Positions 10,926 to 21,684 of a stretch of 64,000 bases of DNA are shown one piece after another. The notes under the pieces were generated by a model, which saw only the letters and a program-made list of their open reading frames with translations, was not told where the DNA came from and did no database searches. Source of the DNA: Spirochaetia bacterium (GTDB lineage Bacteria; Spirochaetota; Spirochaetia; CADAEX01); the NCBI GenBank assembly GCA_963662795.1, contig OY759746.1, positions 2,112,001 through 2,176,000 on the forward strand, in the 5' to 3' direction. The stretch's first letter is position 1. The number at the start of each line of letters is the position of its first letter. The translations under genes were made by a program, and so were the position numbers.

Positions 10926-11047
10926 GTAAATTGTCCAATTACTGATTCAACTCTTTGCTTTTTACAGGTTAAGTAAGTATTAAAAAGAAAAGGAAGTCCA
11001 GCCCTTGGCTCCGCCCTAACGGTCTGGACAAGACGCGAAGGTACTGC

Positions 11048-11239
11048 AAATAACAGCGATTATTTCGCTGCGCTCCCGATGGTCGCTTGGGCTCCTGCCA
11101 GTTGAGCTGGCAGATCGCCATATTTTGTTTTCATAAAACCGGAACAACATGTGCTTTGTGCTCTTCAAGTTTGTAAAAACCAAATAAAAGTATTTTAGAG
11201 TTTAGTCACAAAACATCGAATAATCACGAGACGTTATAA
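11048..11239 (+). repeat. Long attC, family B
   Basis: TAAC 11051 ... GTT 11233. Confidence 0.8.
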
Positions 11240-11289
11240 GCAATGTTCCCGCAAGAGAAAACCGCCCGGACCTCCGGCCGACGGGCGAG

Positions 11290-11350
11290 GAAAGCATAAT
11301 CTGCTTTATACATAAAATCTATTGTTTTCTAGTTATTTAATATGTTATAC
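11290..11350 (+). other. Putative internal attI-like docking site (left half)
   Basis: ctttatacataaa...ttttctagttatttaatatGTT (GTT 11344). Confidence 0.6.
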
Positions 11351-12625
11351 CATAGGTGACTAAAACAATCATAACAGCTCCAGTTGAATATTAAAACTAC
11401 TTTTTCTAGTCTGTTCTGATGGCGGTTTATTGAGAACAGTCCAGATATCTTTTCTTGATGTCAGTATTACAGGAATCAATTTCATCAGTGAAAAATGAGT
11501 CCATTTTCTACATGAAAACATTTTAAGGAACTGAAGTAACAGAAAAGCAATTAGGGCAATCCAGATTTGTGTCATTACAGCATTTCTGGAAGTACCAAAG
11601 AATTTCTTGATCTTGAGGTTCTGTTTGATAGTTTTAAAAAATATTTCAATCTGCCATCTGTCTTTGTAAACAGCAGCAATTGTTGTTGGAGACCAAAGGA
11701 AATTATTGGTAAGAATTACAATATATTTACCGGTTTCAGGATCTCTGCTTCTGATTCGTCTTAATTTTAACGGGCATTTTTTACTGGTGTAAAATCCTTT
11801 CATTTCTATGATCTGATCAGATGTAATATTTTTAAAGGAGGAGGTATCTTTTCTCTGGACAATTTTATAATCAGCATTCTTTTTTAACCTGGTAACAAAA
11901 TAAATACCGGTATTACAATAATTTGCGAATAATTTAAAGTCAGTATAACCACGATCAAACGTGATGACATCGCCTTTGTTGAAAGCCATTTTTTTCAAGG
12001 AATTGACTTCATGTGTTTTTGCAGTTGTAACTGATACAAAAGCTGGAATATATCCACTATGGTCAAGTTTTACATTAAGTTTTATTCCGCCTTTATATTT
12101 TCTGAAATTTGCCCATGGAAAGAGATTTAAACACAAGTCAATAGTTGATGCATCAACACTGTAAAGAGGATTTTTAAATTTATGTTTATGCGCTCTCTTC
12201 ATGGATAATATCTTATCAAGAAGATCAGTGAAAACATTTTCATAAACTTCACAGCTTCTATTATTATTTGCGTAAGATAATGTAGAGCGTTTTACCTTTT
12301 TTACACCCATATGATAAAGGTGGTTACTGATTGATTCAAAAGAGTTTTCAATGCCTCTTAACCCGGTCTGTCCTGAAAGTTGTGCAAAGAGCATGGAGAC
12401 AAAATGCTGCCAACAGGTAAAACCTTTGGAAGCGAAGTCGCCATTATGCTTTTTTACAGATTTTTCAAATTCATGTCTCGGAATTATTTGTAGAATTTGT
12501 TTTAAAATGGTATTATTGTAACTCATTGCCTGATTTCCTTTTCCTGTAAAGAATTAGCCGTCCAAGCTTAATTCATTATAGTTGGGATTTCAGGCAATTA
12601 ATAGTCCTTGTTTTGGACACCTATG
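11351..12625 (-). mobile_element. IS4 family IS, copy 1 (1275 bp), no TSD
   Basis: Ends cataggtgactaaaacaa / ttgttttggacacctatg. Confidence 0.9.
11369..12526 (-). CDS. IS4 family transposase (DUF4372 + DDE)
   Basis: VDASTIDL, FDRGY, YKDRWQIEIFFKTIKQNL (YREK). Confidence 0.95.
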   Translation of the reverse strand: MSYNNTILKQILQIIPRHEFEKSVKKHNGDFASKGFTCWQHFVSMLFAQLSGQTGLRGIENSFESISNHLYHMGVKKVKRSTLSYANNNRSCEVYENVFTDLLDKILSMKRAHKHKFKNPLYSVDASTIDLCLNLFPWANFRKYKGGIKLNVKLDHSGYIPAFVSVTTAKTHEVNSLKKMAFNKGDVITFDRGYTDFKLFANYCNTGIYFVTRLKKNADYKIVQRKDTSSFKNITSDQIIEMKGFYTSKKCPLKLRRIRSRDPETGKYIVILTNNFLWSPTTIAAVYKDRWQIEIFFKTIKQNLKIKKFFGTSRNAVMTQIWIALIAFLLLQFLKMFSCRKWTHFSLMKLIPVILTSRKDIWTVLNKPPSEQTRKSSFNIQLELL

Positions 12626-12632
12626 ATCTAAT

Positions 12633-13280
12633 ATGAGATATCAATTATACAACGAAATTAAAGTAGAAACATTGAATAAAGATAATAAATATTTTTATAA
12701 AGGAATATTGGAATTAAAATATATTTTATTTATAGATTACATGAATGAAATTAATAAATTATTATTAGATGATACTAATAATTTTGATGAAAAACCAAGA
12801 TATAAAGTAATAAGCATAAAAAAAACTATTAATATTTTGAAGAAAGATTCTTATAGGAAAATATTTATCATAGAAATTAATAAACAAAATATAGTAATTG
12901 ATAATTTTGGAACAATAAATAAAGATGAAGAAATCCAAGAAATAGTAAAAGAAAAATATATTGCAGAAAAAATGCGTATTTATGATAAAATATTAGAAAC
13001 ATGGAATCTATTAGAATCAAAATATAATTTAAAAATATATAAAGAGTTTAGAAATAAAGTCATTGCACATAATCAGCTTAAAACTGTGAATGGGGTAAAA
13101 GATGGATTTGAATATAACATAAAAGAGTTTGAAAATCTTGAGGAAATACATGAAATAACTAAAATATTAATAATAGATCTTAATTCTTTAATAAATGGAG
13201 AATTGAATGTTATTATAGCAGTAGAAAATGAGCAAAAGAAAATGGCTGAAGCAATATTTAAAACAATAAATAACGTATAA
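12633..13280 (+). CDS. Putative HEPN-domain (AbiU2-like) protein, possibly 5'-truncated by the IS
   Basis: FRNKVIAH Rx4-6H motif. Confidence 0.5.
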   Translation: MRYQLYNEIKVETLNKDNKYFYKGILELKYILFIDYMNEINKLLLDDTNNFDEKPRYKVISIKKTINILKKDSYRKIFIIEINKQNIVIDNFGTINKDEEIQEIVKEKYIAEKMRIYDKILETWNLLESKYNLKIYKEFRNKVIAHNQLKTVNGVKDGFEYNIKEFENLEEIHEITKILIIDLNSLINGELNVIIAVENEQKKMAEAIFKTINNV

Positions 13281-13380
13281 CAAACGCATGCAACTGACAA
13301 TTTTTTTCTCATAGTTTTTGAATACTCAAAAACTATGACAACTATTCGAGACAAAATTACAGCTGATGCGGTCGTTATAA
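13275..13380 (+). repeat. Short classical attC of inner cassette
   Basis: GTATAAC-aaacgcatgcaactg...cagctgatgcggtc-GTTATAA. Confidence 0.75.
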
Positions 13381-13450
13381 AATTAAAAAAAGAAAGAAGT
13401 CCAGCCTTGGCTCCGCCGTGCGGCTTGGACAAGAAGCGGCTGGTACTGGA

Positions 13451-13624
13451 GCATAACAGAGGATAATTCGCTGCGCTCGGATTACCTCGCTTGGCCTGCG
13501 GCATATTTTACTATCATATAAATGATAATAATTGATAATTATCCTTTTTATATTTTGTTAATCAAACACAAGAGATTTCTATAGTTCGAGCCGTAAAACA
13601 TCGCTTATCCTCAGGACGTTCTCC
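13451..13624 (+). repeat. Long attC, family A
   Basis: TAAC 13454 ... GTT 13618. Confidence 0.8.
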
Positions 13625-13866
13625 GAAATACCGCCCCAAGATGCGATCGCCCGGACCTCCGGCCCACGGGCGAGGGAAGACGGGCAAACAATTGTGTCTA
13701 ATTTTAAATCAAAAGTATCTTATCAGCATTAAAGGATTAGAATAATTAATCTAATGTAAAGAATGCTAAATAAATCTCAATAAATTATATTGAAATTAAA
13801 AAGATGTATTGTATATTAAGAGTTTTAAGTGTATACTGTTGAGTGTATACTTAAAGAGGTTGAATT

Positions 13867-14112
13867 ATGGAAATAAGCACAAAAGAGCTCAGAATAAAAC
13901 CTGGTAGAATTATTGAAAAAGTCTCACATGGACAGGAAGTTGTGGTAACTTTTAGAGGAAAAGCATTAGCTAGAATAGTTCCTATGGCTAATCATAACAA
14001 AAGTATTGACGAGAAAGAAAAAGAAGAACTTTTTGGATTATGGAAAAACCATAAAGATATTGAGAATGTTGATAATTATGTAAGAAAGATGAGAAAAGGA
14101 AGAGAATTTTGA
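13867..14112 (+). CDS. Phd-type antitoxin
   Basis: ISTKELR...GQEVVVTFRGKALARIVP; upstream tandem agtgtatact operator. Confidence 0.85.
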   Translation: MEISTKELRIKPGRIIEKVSHGQEVVVTFRGKALARIVPMANHNKSIDEKEKEELFGLWKNHKDIENVDNYVRKMRKGREF

Positions 14113-14486
14113 TAATCGATACAGATGTTATAATATGGTATCTAAGAGGAAATGAAAAAGCAAAAGAATTAATATATAAAAATATACCATTTAAAATGTC
14201 AGTAATAACTTATATGGAAATTGTGCAGGGGATGAAAGATAAAAAAGAATTATTGATATTTCAGAAACATATAAGAAAATGGGATGTTGAAATAATACAA
14301 ATAGATACTGAAATATCTTCAAGAGCAATGTTTTTTGTAGAAGATTATTTTTTAAGTCATTCAATGGAATTATCAGATGCATTAATTGCAGCGACAGGAA
14401 TACAGACAAAAGATGTTATATTAACAGCAAATGATAAACATTATAAATTTATCCCTAACATACAACTGGAAAAGTTTAAACCTTAG
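14109..14486 (+). CDS. vapC: VapC PIN-domain toxin
   Basis: IIDTDVII, SDALIAAT, LTANDKHY. Confidence 0.9.
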   Translation: MIIDTDVIIWYLRGNEKAKELIYKNIPFKMSVITYMEIVQGMKDKKELLIFQKHIRKWDVEIIQIDTEISSRAMFFVEDYFLSHSMELSDALIAATGIQTKDVILTANDKHYKFIPNIQLEKFKP

Positions 14487-14539
14487 AACGCCCAAGCCTT
14501 GGCGGTGCCGTGCGGCTTGGAAGAGAGGGGCGGTACTTC

Positions 14540-14710
14540 CGAGAACAGAGGATAAAGCGCTTCGCTCCCTCTGGTCGCTTGGGCTTCGCCACACATCGTA
14601 GGTTTTGAACTACAACATTTATAAACAACAAGTGTTGGAAGAAGAATATTGCAGCTTTGAAATATTCATTCTTAGGCTACGATGCGTCGCTTATCCTCGG
14701 GACGTTATGC
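14540..14710 (+). repeat. Long attC, family A (GAAC core)
   Basis: GAAC 14543 ... GTT 14704. Confidence 0.8.
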
Positions 14711-14962
14711 GAAAGACTGGCCGAAGAGGAATAGGCTGGGGCGGGGGAGAGGAAGACGCCGCCGCACATCGTGTGCGGCGAAGAAAAAGCTCATAAACTG
14801 TGATTTTTATAAGCTGTAAGTCTATTTTTATGAATTACCATTATTCAAACGAAAAATAAATATAAATATCATTTAAAGCAGTTCCTTTCGTATCATTTGA
14901 TTATGGATTGGGCAAATGATAAAATATTGACAAAAAGCATACAATGTAATATATTAACTTAA

Positions 14963-15238
14963 ATGAATATTATCTGGGATAAAGGGAAAAATAAAACTCT
15001 TAAGCTTGATAGAAACTTGTCTTTTGAAATATTTGCGGATTTGATTCTGGATAAAAAATATCTTGATATTCTGGAGAATCCCTCTAGAAAAAATCAGATG
15101 ATATTTATAGTTGAATATAAAGAATATATACATGTTGTACCGTTTATTATTGATGATGAAGATAATATTGTATTAAAAACAGTATTTCCAAGCAGAAAAT
15201 TCCATAAAATCTATGGAGGGAATAAAAATGAAAGCTAA
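14963..15238 (+). CDS. BrnT-like toxin
   Basis: WDKGKNKTLKLDRNLSFE...LKTVFPSRK; TTGACA promoter upstream. Confidence 0.75.
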   Translation: MNIIWDKGKNKTLKLDRNLSFEIFADLILDKKYLDILENPSRKNQMIFIVEYKEYIHVVPFIIDDEDNIVLKTVFPSRKFHKIYGGNKNES

Positions 15239-15530
15239 ACTGGATAGTTTTGAAAAAGAAATAGAAAATAATGCAGAAAACTATATAGGCATCAGTAAGG
15301 GAAAAATGAGTAAAATTACTTCAATAATTGATGAGGCAAGGAAGACGAAGAATATAAATATAAGAATATCTGAGTATGACCTTGAGAAGTTAAGAGAAAA
15401 ATCAGCAGTTGAAGGATTACCTTACCAGACGCTTTTATCCAGTATTATACATAAATATGTCTCTGATCAGCTTGTGGAAGAAAAAGATATAATTAAATCA
15501 ATACAATTACTGAGGTTTGAAAACACTTAA
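15228..15530 (+). CDS. CopG/BrnA-like antitoxin
   Basis: INIRISEYDL...EGLPYQTLLSSIIHKY. Confidence 0.8.
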   Translation: MKAKLDSFEKEIENNAENYIGISKGKMSKITSIIDEARKTKNINIRISEYDLEKLREKSAVEGLPYQTLLSSIIHKYVSDQLVEEKDIIKSIQLLRFENT

Positions 15531-15692
15531 TATTAAAATACAAAGTGCTTGATTCTAAGGTTGTCAGTAAAGTTATTTAAAAATATATCTACCTGGGTGG
15601 AATATATCTGATTAGTGTAATATTCACCGTCTCACACATCCCTGTGTTCGACGAAGACCGCCCCCAGCCTATTCCTCTTCGGCCAGCCCATC

Positions 15693-15846
15693 GCATAACA
15701 GCGAATGGCCGGTTTCGGCTGTTTCTGAAAAAACCAGCCTCAACTCAAATTGCCGGAAAAATAGTGGTACAGATTGATGAATATAAAATAAGCTTGAAAG
15801 GTAACAAATAACAGCGGCAACTTCGGTCATTCGCGGGACGTTATAC
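15693..15846 (+). repeat. Long attC, family C (gcgaatg/cattcgc)
   Basis: TAAC 15696 ... GTT 15840. Confidence 0.8.
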
Positions 15847-15979
15847 GTAATGGCCAGGCAAGAGAAAACCGCCCGGACCTCCGGCCGACGGGCGAGGATA
15901 TAGTATTTAAATGAGTTTATAAGTTATATAAAGATAAAAGTTGTAATATAAGTGCAATTTATTAAAAAGGTGGATTAAT

Positions 15980-17464
15980 TTGAAACGTTGGATATTAATA
16001 ATTATTTTATATTTATCAAATAATTATATTTTTGCTCAGTTATCAGATGTAGAAATAAAAAGTATTGATGATTTCGTAGAAAAAGCTACAGTTGAAGAGT
16101 CAATTGGACAGTTATTTATGACAGGATTACCAACTGATGTGGCACAATATCTACATGATGGGGTTGTTGAGGAATTAATAAAAGAAATAGGCATAGGATG
16201 GATTCAATTAAATACATATAACTATTATTGGAATAAGAAAATAAATCCAACAGAAGATGATCTTTTTTCTGCTGTTAAATCATTTTATAATTATATTCAG
16301 TCTTTTTCAAAAGGTGATAATATTAATCTTCCAATCGGATTTGCAGCTAATTTTGAAGGTGAAAGAATATCTTCAATTAGAGATTTAATTACTCAAGTAC
16401 CAGAAGCATTAACAGTATCAATAAGCAATTGTAATGAAATGGCTGAAAAAGCTGGTTGTTTAACTGGGCATGTTTTAAAACAAGTTGGTGTTCATTTGCT
16501 CCTTGGACCTGTTCTTGATATTGATTCTATTCCAAAAAAAGAATATGTAACGACAATACAGAATAGATCATTTGGTGGATCACCTGTTATTGTAGCGAAT
16601 GCAGCGTCTCAGTATCTAGCTGGAATGAAAAAAAATGGTGTTTTAGCAATTGGAAAACATTACCCAGGACATGGTGGCGTTTTGGAGGACTCTCATAATT
16701 CTAAAATGCCAGAGTCAAATATTAGTATCGATAATTTTAACAATTCACTTTATCCATATAGAGTTCTACAGGAAAGTTTAGATGGAGTTATGACGGCACA
16801 CGTTGCTGTTAATTTTTTAAAACCAAGCGAAAATAAAATAATTACATTTTCTCCCCTTTTTGTTGATAAACTCCTTCGAGCAAACAAAGAAATTGATTTT
16901 GATGGAATAAAGATAGAAGGATTAGCGTATGACGATAAAGTTGCAATTACTGATGATCTTTCTGATATGGGAACTATTCGTAAGTATATTAAGGATAACA
17001 ATATTTCTTGGTTAAATGTTTTAATTCAAGCATTCGAAAGTGGTCATGACATGTTTCTTTTTTCATCAATAGAAAGAAATAGTGGAACTAGTTTATTTTC
17101 TAATTATGGTGATTTTACGATAGAACAATTAAAAAACTTAATTATTAATTTTACTCAATATATCAACTCTGATCAAGAAAATGTAAAAAGATTTAAAATA
17201 TCTTTAAGAAGAGTAATGATGTTAAAGGCAAAAATTGCTAAAGCAAAAAATCAAAACATAAATGAGTTTTTATTAGGAAATATTGATAGATGGGTTCTCA
17301 CCATTGGGGATAAAAAAACATTAAATACTATACCAATTAATAGTGAAAGTATAAATTCTGAAGTATTAGCAAAAAGTATTTTAGATACAAGTGCTGTTTT
17401 AATTAATAAAAAAACTAATTTTATAATAAATGATGATAATCCTATGAGTTTTTATAGCAACTAG
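15980..17464 (+). CDS. Glycoside hydrolase family 3 (NagZ-like) protein with signal peptide
   Basis: IGQLFM, GPVLDI, NRSFG, KHYPGHG, VMTAHV, ITDDL. Confidence 0.8.
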   Translation: MKRWILIIILYLSNNYIFAQLSDVEIKSIDDFVEKATVEESIGQLFMTGLPTDVAQYLHDGVVEELIKEIGIGWIQLNTYNYYWNKKINPTEDDLFSAVKSFYNYIQSFSKGDNINLPIGFAANFEGERISSIRDLITQVPEALTVSISNCNEMAEKAGCLTGHVLKQVGVHLLLGPVLDIDSIPKKEYVTTIQNRSFGGSPVIVANAASQYLAGMKKNGVLAIGKHYPGHGGVLEDSHNSKMPESNISIDNFNNSLYPYRVLQESLDGVMTAHVAVNFLKPSENKIITFSPLFVDKLLRANKEIDFDGIKIEGLAYDDKVAITDDLSDMGTIRKYIKDNNISWLNVLIQAFESGHDMFLFSSIERNSGTSLFSNYGDFTIEQLKNLIINFTQYINSDQENVKRFKISLRRVMMLKAKIAKAKNQNINEFLLGNIDRWVLTIGDKKTLNTIPINSESINSEVLAKSILDTSAVLINKKTNFIINDDNPMSFYSN

Positions 17465-17486
17465 TGGAGTTAGTACTTTTAAACAT

Positions 17487-18389
17487 ATGCTAGAAACGAG
17501 ATTTACTAATTTAAAAGTAATAGAAATGGATATTATTAAAACTCCTGAAAAATATAAACAAATATTAAAAGAATTATTGATATCATTGCAAACATCAACA
17601 AAAGTGTTTATTTCACTAGCTACTGTTGATGATGCTAAACTGATTCAAGCTGCTTGTAATTATTCAGATAAACTTACTCACGATAAACTAATAGTTCTAT
17701 TGCATAATACTCCAACATTATTGGATAATACTATTTTACATAAATTAACTATATTAGGTACTTGTTCTTATCATCGTCAATCATTTTATACAGATATTGA
17801 TCTAATACTAGGTAAAATTGTACCTAAAAGTATAAACAATTTGACTATTAGTATCGGTGATAATGGATCTTTTTATAACAGTCAAATGAATGAAACTAAT
17901 TTTACGTTAGCTCAAGGTTATTCAATAATTCCTTTTTATGCTACTAATTTAGAAAAAGAATTAACTCAGAAAAATAATGAAAAACAGGATGTAATATATA
18001 AGCTTATTCTAATAATTATAATCTTAATAATCATGATAACATCTTTATGTATATTTTATAAAACAAAATCGAGAATAACAGATAAATATAGCAATTCAAA
18101 AATTAAAGAATACTTTCTAAAACATTTAGGTAAAAATATTTTATCAATTGGAATTTTCATTTTTATCATTGTATTAATATTTTATTTATCATTAGGAATT
18201 TATTCGATAAATGGTGATCCTAGACTTTATCGTATATATACAGAAAATATTCCAAAAATTATAATATTTATAGAAAAACCATTATATACAATAATTGGTA
18301 TCAGCATTATTTGCATTTTTATTTATTTCATTGCGATTATATTTTTATATTCAAAAGAGATTAGAAATATATTTAAACGCGATGAATAG
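17487..18389 (+). CDS. Membrane protein; probably the frameshifted C-terminus of the GH3 gene
   Basis: Different frame, open from about 17448; 3 C-terminal TM segments. Confidence 0.5.
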   Translation: MLETRFTNLKVIEMDIIKTPEKYKQILKELLISLQTSTKVFISLATVDDAKLIQAACNYSDKLTHDKLIVLLHNTPTLLDNTILHKLTILGTCSYHRQSFYTDIDLILGKIVPKSINNLTISIGDNGSFYNSQMNETNFTLAQGYSIIPFYATNLEKELTQKNNEKQDVIYKLILIIIILIIMITSLCIFYKTKSRITDKYSNSKIKEYFLKHLGKNILSIGIFIFIIVLIFYLSLGIYSINGDPRLYRIYTENIPKIIIFIEKPLYTIIGISIICIFIYFIAIIFLYSKEIRNIFKRDE

Positions 18390-18480
18390 ATTTACCAACT
18401 AGAATAAATGCTGGTAATTGATTGTTTTTAGTCCAGCCTTGGCTCCGCCGTACGGCTTGGACAAGAAGCCTGGCCACTAC

Positions 18481-18651
18481 GTATAACAGAGGATAAAGCG
18501 CTACGCTCGGAGTACCTCGCTTGACCTGCGGCACACATCGTAGGATTTGAACTTCAACATCTAGAAACAACCAGTTTTGAAAGAATAATAAAACAGCTTT
18601 GAATATCAATGCTTATCTTACGATGCGTCGCTTATCCTCAGGACGTTATGT
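18481..18651 (+). repeat. Long attC, family A
   Basis: TAAC 18484 ... GTT 18645. Confidence 0.8.
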
Positions 18652-18767
18652 GCAATGAGCCCGACAAGAAAAAGACGCCCGGACCTCCGGCCGACGGGCG
18701 AAGAGGTTAACTAAATTAAGGATTTTTACAGTATAATTAATTCTGATATATGAAAGTGAGGTGGCAA

Positions 18768-19508
18768 ATGCCAGATAAAATTTTTCAGGAAATTTCAACT
18801 ATTGAGATAAAGAGGATGATTGCAGAGTCAGAATCGCTATCACAAATAGATCATCCATATTTAAAAGGAAAAATTAGAGAAATTGGGATAGGGAAACTGT
18901 TAAAGAGATTTCTCCCCCCTGAATTCAAAATTGGTACAGGAAAGATTCATGATTGTCATGGGAAATCATCCTCTGAAACTGATTTAATAATCTTTAATCC
19001 ATCATTTCTACCACCGCTGATGTTTAATGAAGAAATTGGGATTTATCCATTAGAATCAGCTTTTTACTCAATTGAAATAAAAAGCAAAAGTACTACTACA
19101 AAAGAAAGTTTAAAGAAAACTATACTTAATATTAGAAGATTACGTGAATTAACATTCTTGAATAATTATGGAAATCATCCAATTAAAACATATCCAGTTT
19201 CTGCATTCTTCTCGTATGGGAGTAATAATAATATTGATGTGTTAAAAATACTTAAAGATAATGATGATAAATTTAATTCCGCGCCTTTATTGAATCCAAT
19301 TTGTATTGTAGGTAAAGGATATTGGTTTTTCTCGAAATGGAAAGGAAAAAGTGAATGGATTAAGATATTACCAAATGATGATTATTATGAAGTATCAGGA
19401 TTTATTGGTGGTATTGTTAATACTCTAATTGGCAATAATCATCCTCTTTATGGCTATTATATTTTAGATCCACTTGAAGATACTTTACATGAAATATATT
19501 CAGTATAA
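18768..19508 (+). CDS. DUF6602-like PD-(D/E)XK nuclease-fold protein
   Basis: KGKIRE, GTGKI.D, SSETDLII, IEIKS. Confidence 0.65.
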   Translation: MPDKIFQEISTIEIKRMIAESESLSQIDHPYLKGKIREIGIGKLLKRFLPPEFKIGTGKIHDCHGKSSSETDLIIFNPSFLPPLMFNEEIGIYPLESAFYSIEIKSKSTTTKESLKKTILNIRRLRELTFLNNYGNHPIKTYPVSAFFSYGSNNNIDVLKILKDNDDKFNSAPLLNPICIVGKGYWFFSKWKGKSEWIKILPNDDYYEVSGFIGGIVNTLIGNNHPLYGYYILDPLEDTLHEIYSV

Positions 19509-19575
19509 TAATTTAATGAATTATGAAGAATCCAGACCTAACTCCGTTGAACGGTCTGGATGTCGGGCTCAAAGC

Positions 19576-19767
19576 ACATAACAGCGATTATTTCGCTGCG
19601 CTCCCTATGGTCGCTTGGGCTCCTGCCAGTTGAGCTGGCAGATCGCCATATTTTGTTTTCATAAAATCGGAACAGCATGTGTTTTATGCTTTTCAGATTT
19701 GATAAAACCAAAAAACCGTATTTTAGAGTTTAATCACAAAACATCGAATAATCGCGAGACGTTATAC
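19576..19767 (+). repeat. Long attC, family B
   Basis: TAAC 19579 ... GTT 19761. Confidence 0.8.
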
Positions 19768-19922
19768 GCAAAAAGCTAGCGAAGAAGGAGAATGAGCTCG
19801 GGCGTCCTGCCCGAGCAATAATTAATTGTAACTTAAAGTATAGATAATACCTGTTGAAACTGTCTTTTGAAACAAAATAACAGCCTCTTGACATGGTATA
19901 TAAAAGGTATAATAATTATATC

Positions 19923-20189
19923 ATGAATAGCTTTGAATACGATGAAGAAAAGAGTAAAACCAATTCAAAAAAACACGGAATTGACTTCATCGAAGCACAG
20001 AAATTATGGGAAGATCCTGAATTACTTGAAATTCCAGCCAAAACTCAGGACGAGGTGAGATTTTTAGTAATAGGCAAAATTGAGGAAAAGTATTGGTCTG
20101 GAATTATAACCTATAGAAATGAAAACATCAGGATTATATCTGTTAGAAGATCAAGAGATGAGGAGATAGAGCTATATGAAAGCTTCTGA
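19923..20189 (+). CDS. brnT: BrnT toxin (DUF497)
   Basis: FEYDEEKSKTNSKKHGIDF...IRIISVRR; TTGACA-17-TATAAT upstream. Confidence 0.88.
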   Translation: MNSFEYDEEKSKTNSKKHGIDFIEAQKLWEDPELLEIPAKTQDEVRFLVIGKIEEKYWSGIITYRNENIRIISVRRSRDEEIELYESF

Positions 20190-20415
20190 ATTTGATAAAA
20201 AGTTTGAAGGTGGCGAAAGCATAATAAAAGATTTAGATATTAAGAAAGGAAAAAGACTTTTACAGGAACAAAGAAGAGTAAATGTTGATATTCCAGAGTG
20301 GATGATAAAATCACTAGATAAGGAAGCAGGTCGACTTGGAGTAACAAGACAGTCCATAATTAAAGTATGGCTTGCTGAAAGACTTGAAGGAAAAAATCAT
20401 AGAAAGACAGGCTAA
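20176..20415 (+). CDS. brnA: BrnA/CopG antitoxin
   Basis: RVNVDIPEWM..LD.EA.RLGVTRQSIIK. Confidence 0.85.
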   Translation: MKASEFDKKFEGGESIIKDLDIKKGKRLLQEQRRVNVDIPEWMIKSLDKEAGRLGVTRQSIIKVWLAERLEGKNHRKTG

Positions 20416-20490
20416 CTGTTTATGAATTATTGAATAGTTGAAAAGCTTTGAAAATAATAATAAGCCTATTTTTTCAGGGAATTAAAGAAA

Positions 20491-20886
20491 ATGTCTGGAG
20501 AGAAAGATTTAGAAAAACTACTAAGAAATATGTCACCAGTACTGAATGAAGGTGAGTTTATTTTTATTACTTTACCAGGAAAATATGAAGATTATTTATA
20601 TTTAGAGCCAATAGGTTCATTTAAGGAAAAAGAAGGATTGACACTAATAATTTCCAAAGAGAAAGCAATAGAAAACAATATAGAAGTTAAAGATCTTTTT
20701 AAATATATAACACTGAATGTGCATTCAAGCCTGAATGCAGTTGGTCTTACAGCAGCCGTTGCTTCAAAATTGTCTTTAAATGGTATTAGTGCAAATGTAA
20801 TAGCTGCATATTATCACGATCATATTTTCATACAGACTCAATATGCAGAAAAGGCATTAAGCTTATTACTGGAATTAACAGAGTAA
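20491..20886 (+). CDS. ACT domain protein (DUF2241)
   Basis: MSGEKDL, EKEGLTLI, VHSSLNAVGLTA, YYHDHIF. Confidence 0.85.
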   Translation: MSGEKDLEKLLRNMSPVLNEGEFIFITLPGKYEDYLYLEPIGSFKEKEGLTLIISKEKAIENNIEVKDLFKYITLNVHSSLNAVGLTAAVASKLSLNGISANVIAAYYHDHIFIQTQYAEKALSLLLELTE

Positions 20887-20941
20887 AAGAATATAGTCAA
20901 GTTCGCCGTCCATGGCTCACTTGAGGACGCGAGCTTTCAGC

Positions 20942-21114
20942 GTATAACAGCGGTTCAAGCGCTTCGCTCGGAGTACCTCGCTTGGCCTTCCGGCAAACAT
21001 CGTAGTGTTTAAGCTACAACTTTTAGAGACAACACGTTATGAAAGAAAATAATAACACCTTTGTGTTTTATAATCTTGGCCTACGATGCTTCGCTTAACC
21101 GCGGGACGTTATAA
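20942..21114 (+). repeat. Long attC, family D
   Basis: TAAC 20945 ... GTT 21108. Confidence 0.8.
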
Positions 21115-21201
21115 GCAATGTTCCCGCAAGAGAAAACCGCCCGGACCTCCGGACGCCCTATGTGTCAACATAGTTGAAGCACCAATATGGAGGTTTCAAT
21201 T

Positions 21202-21684
21202 ATGAGATACAGTTTAGGATTTAAAGAATAAACAGTAAGAAAAGTACTCGAATCAGATGGAAAATCCGCTCATGTGATAGCAATTGAATCTGGAGTCTCT
21301 GATCAGACATTACGGAACTGGTTGAATAAAGCAAAAGAAGGTACACTTGATAGTCTGAATACTGTAAGTAGTGCCGGTCGGTCACCTCGAGAAAAATTGA
21401 ATCTGGTTATAGAATCCGGTTCTGTTAAAAATGAGGATCAGGGGAAATGGCTTCGTGAAAAAGGTCTGCACACTGAACATATCACTCAATATAAACAGGA
21501 ACTGCGAGACATGGTAGAAGATAAAGGTCACAAAGAAAAACAGAAAATCAAAAATCTCCAGAAAGAAAATAAACGACTGCAAAAAGAGCTGAATAAAAAA
21601 GAAAAAGCTCTTGCTGAAATGGCTGCACTCTATACTCTTAAAAAAAAAGCAGAAGCTCTTTGGGGGGACGAAGAGGACGACTGA
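21202..21684 (+). pseudogene. IS3 OrfA (HTH) with nonsense codon
   Basis: GGAGG RBS + ATG 21202; in-frame TAA at 21229; continues into ORF 21274..21684. Confidence 0.7.
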
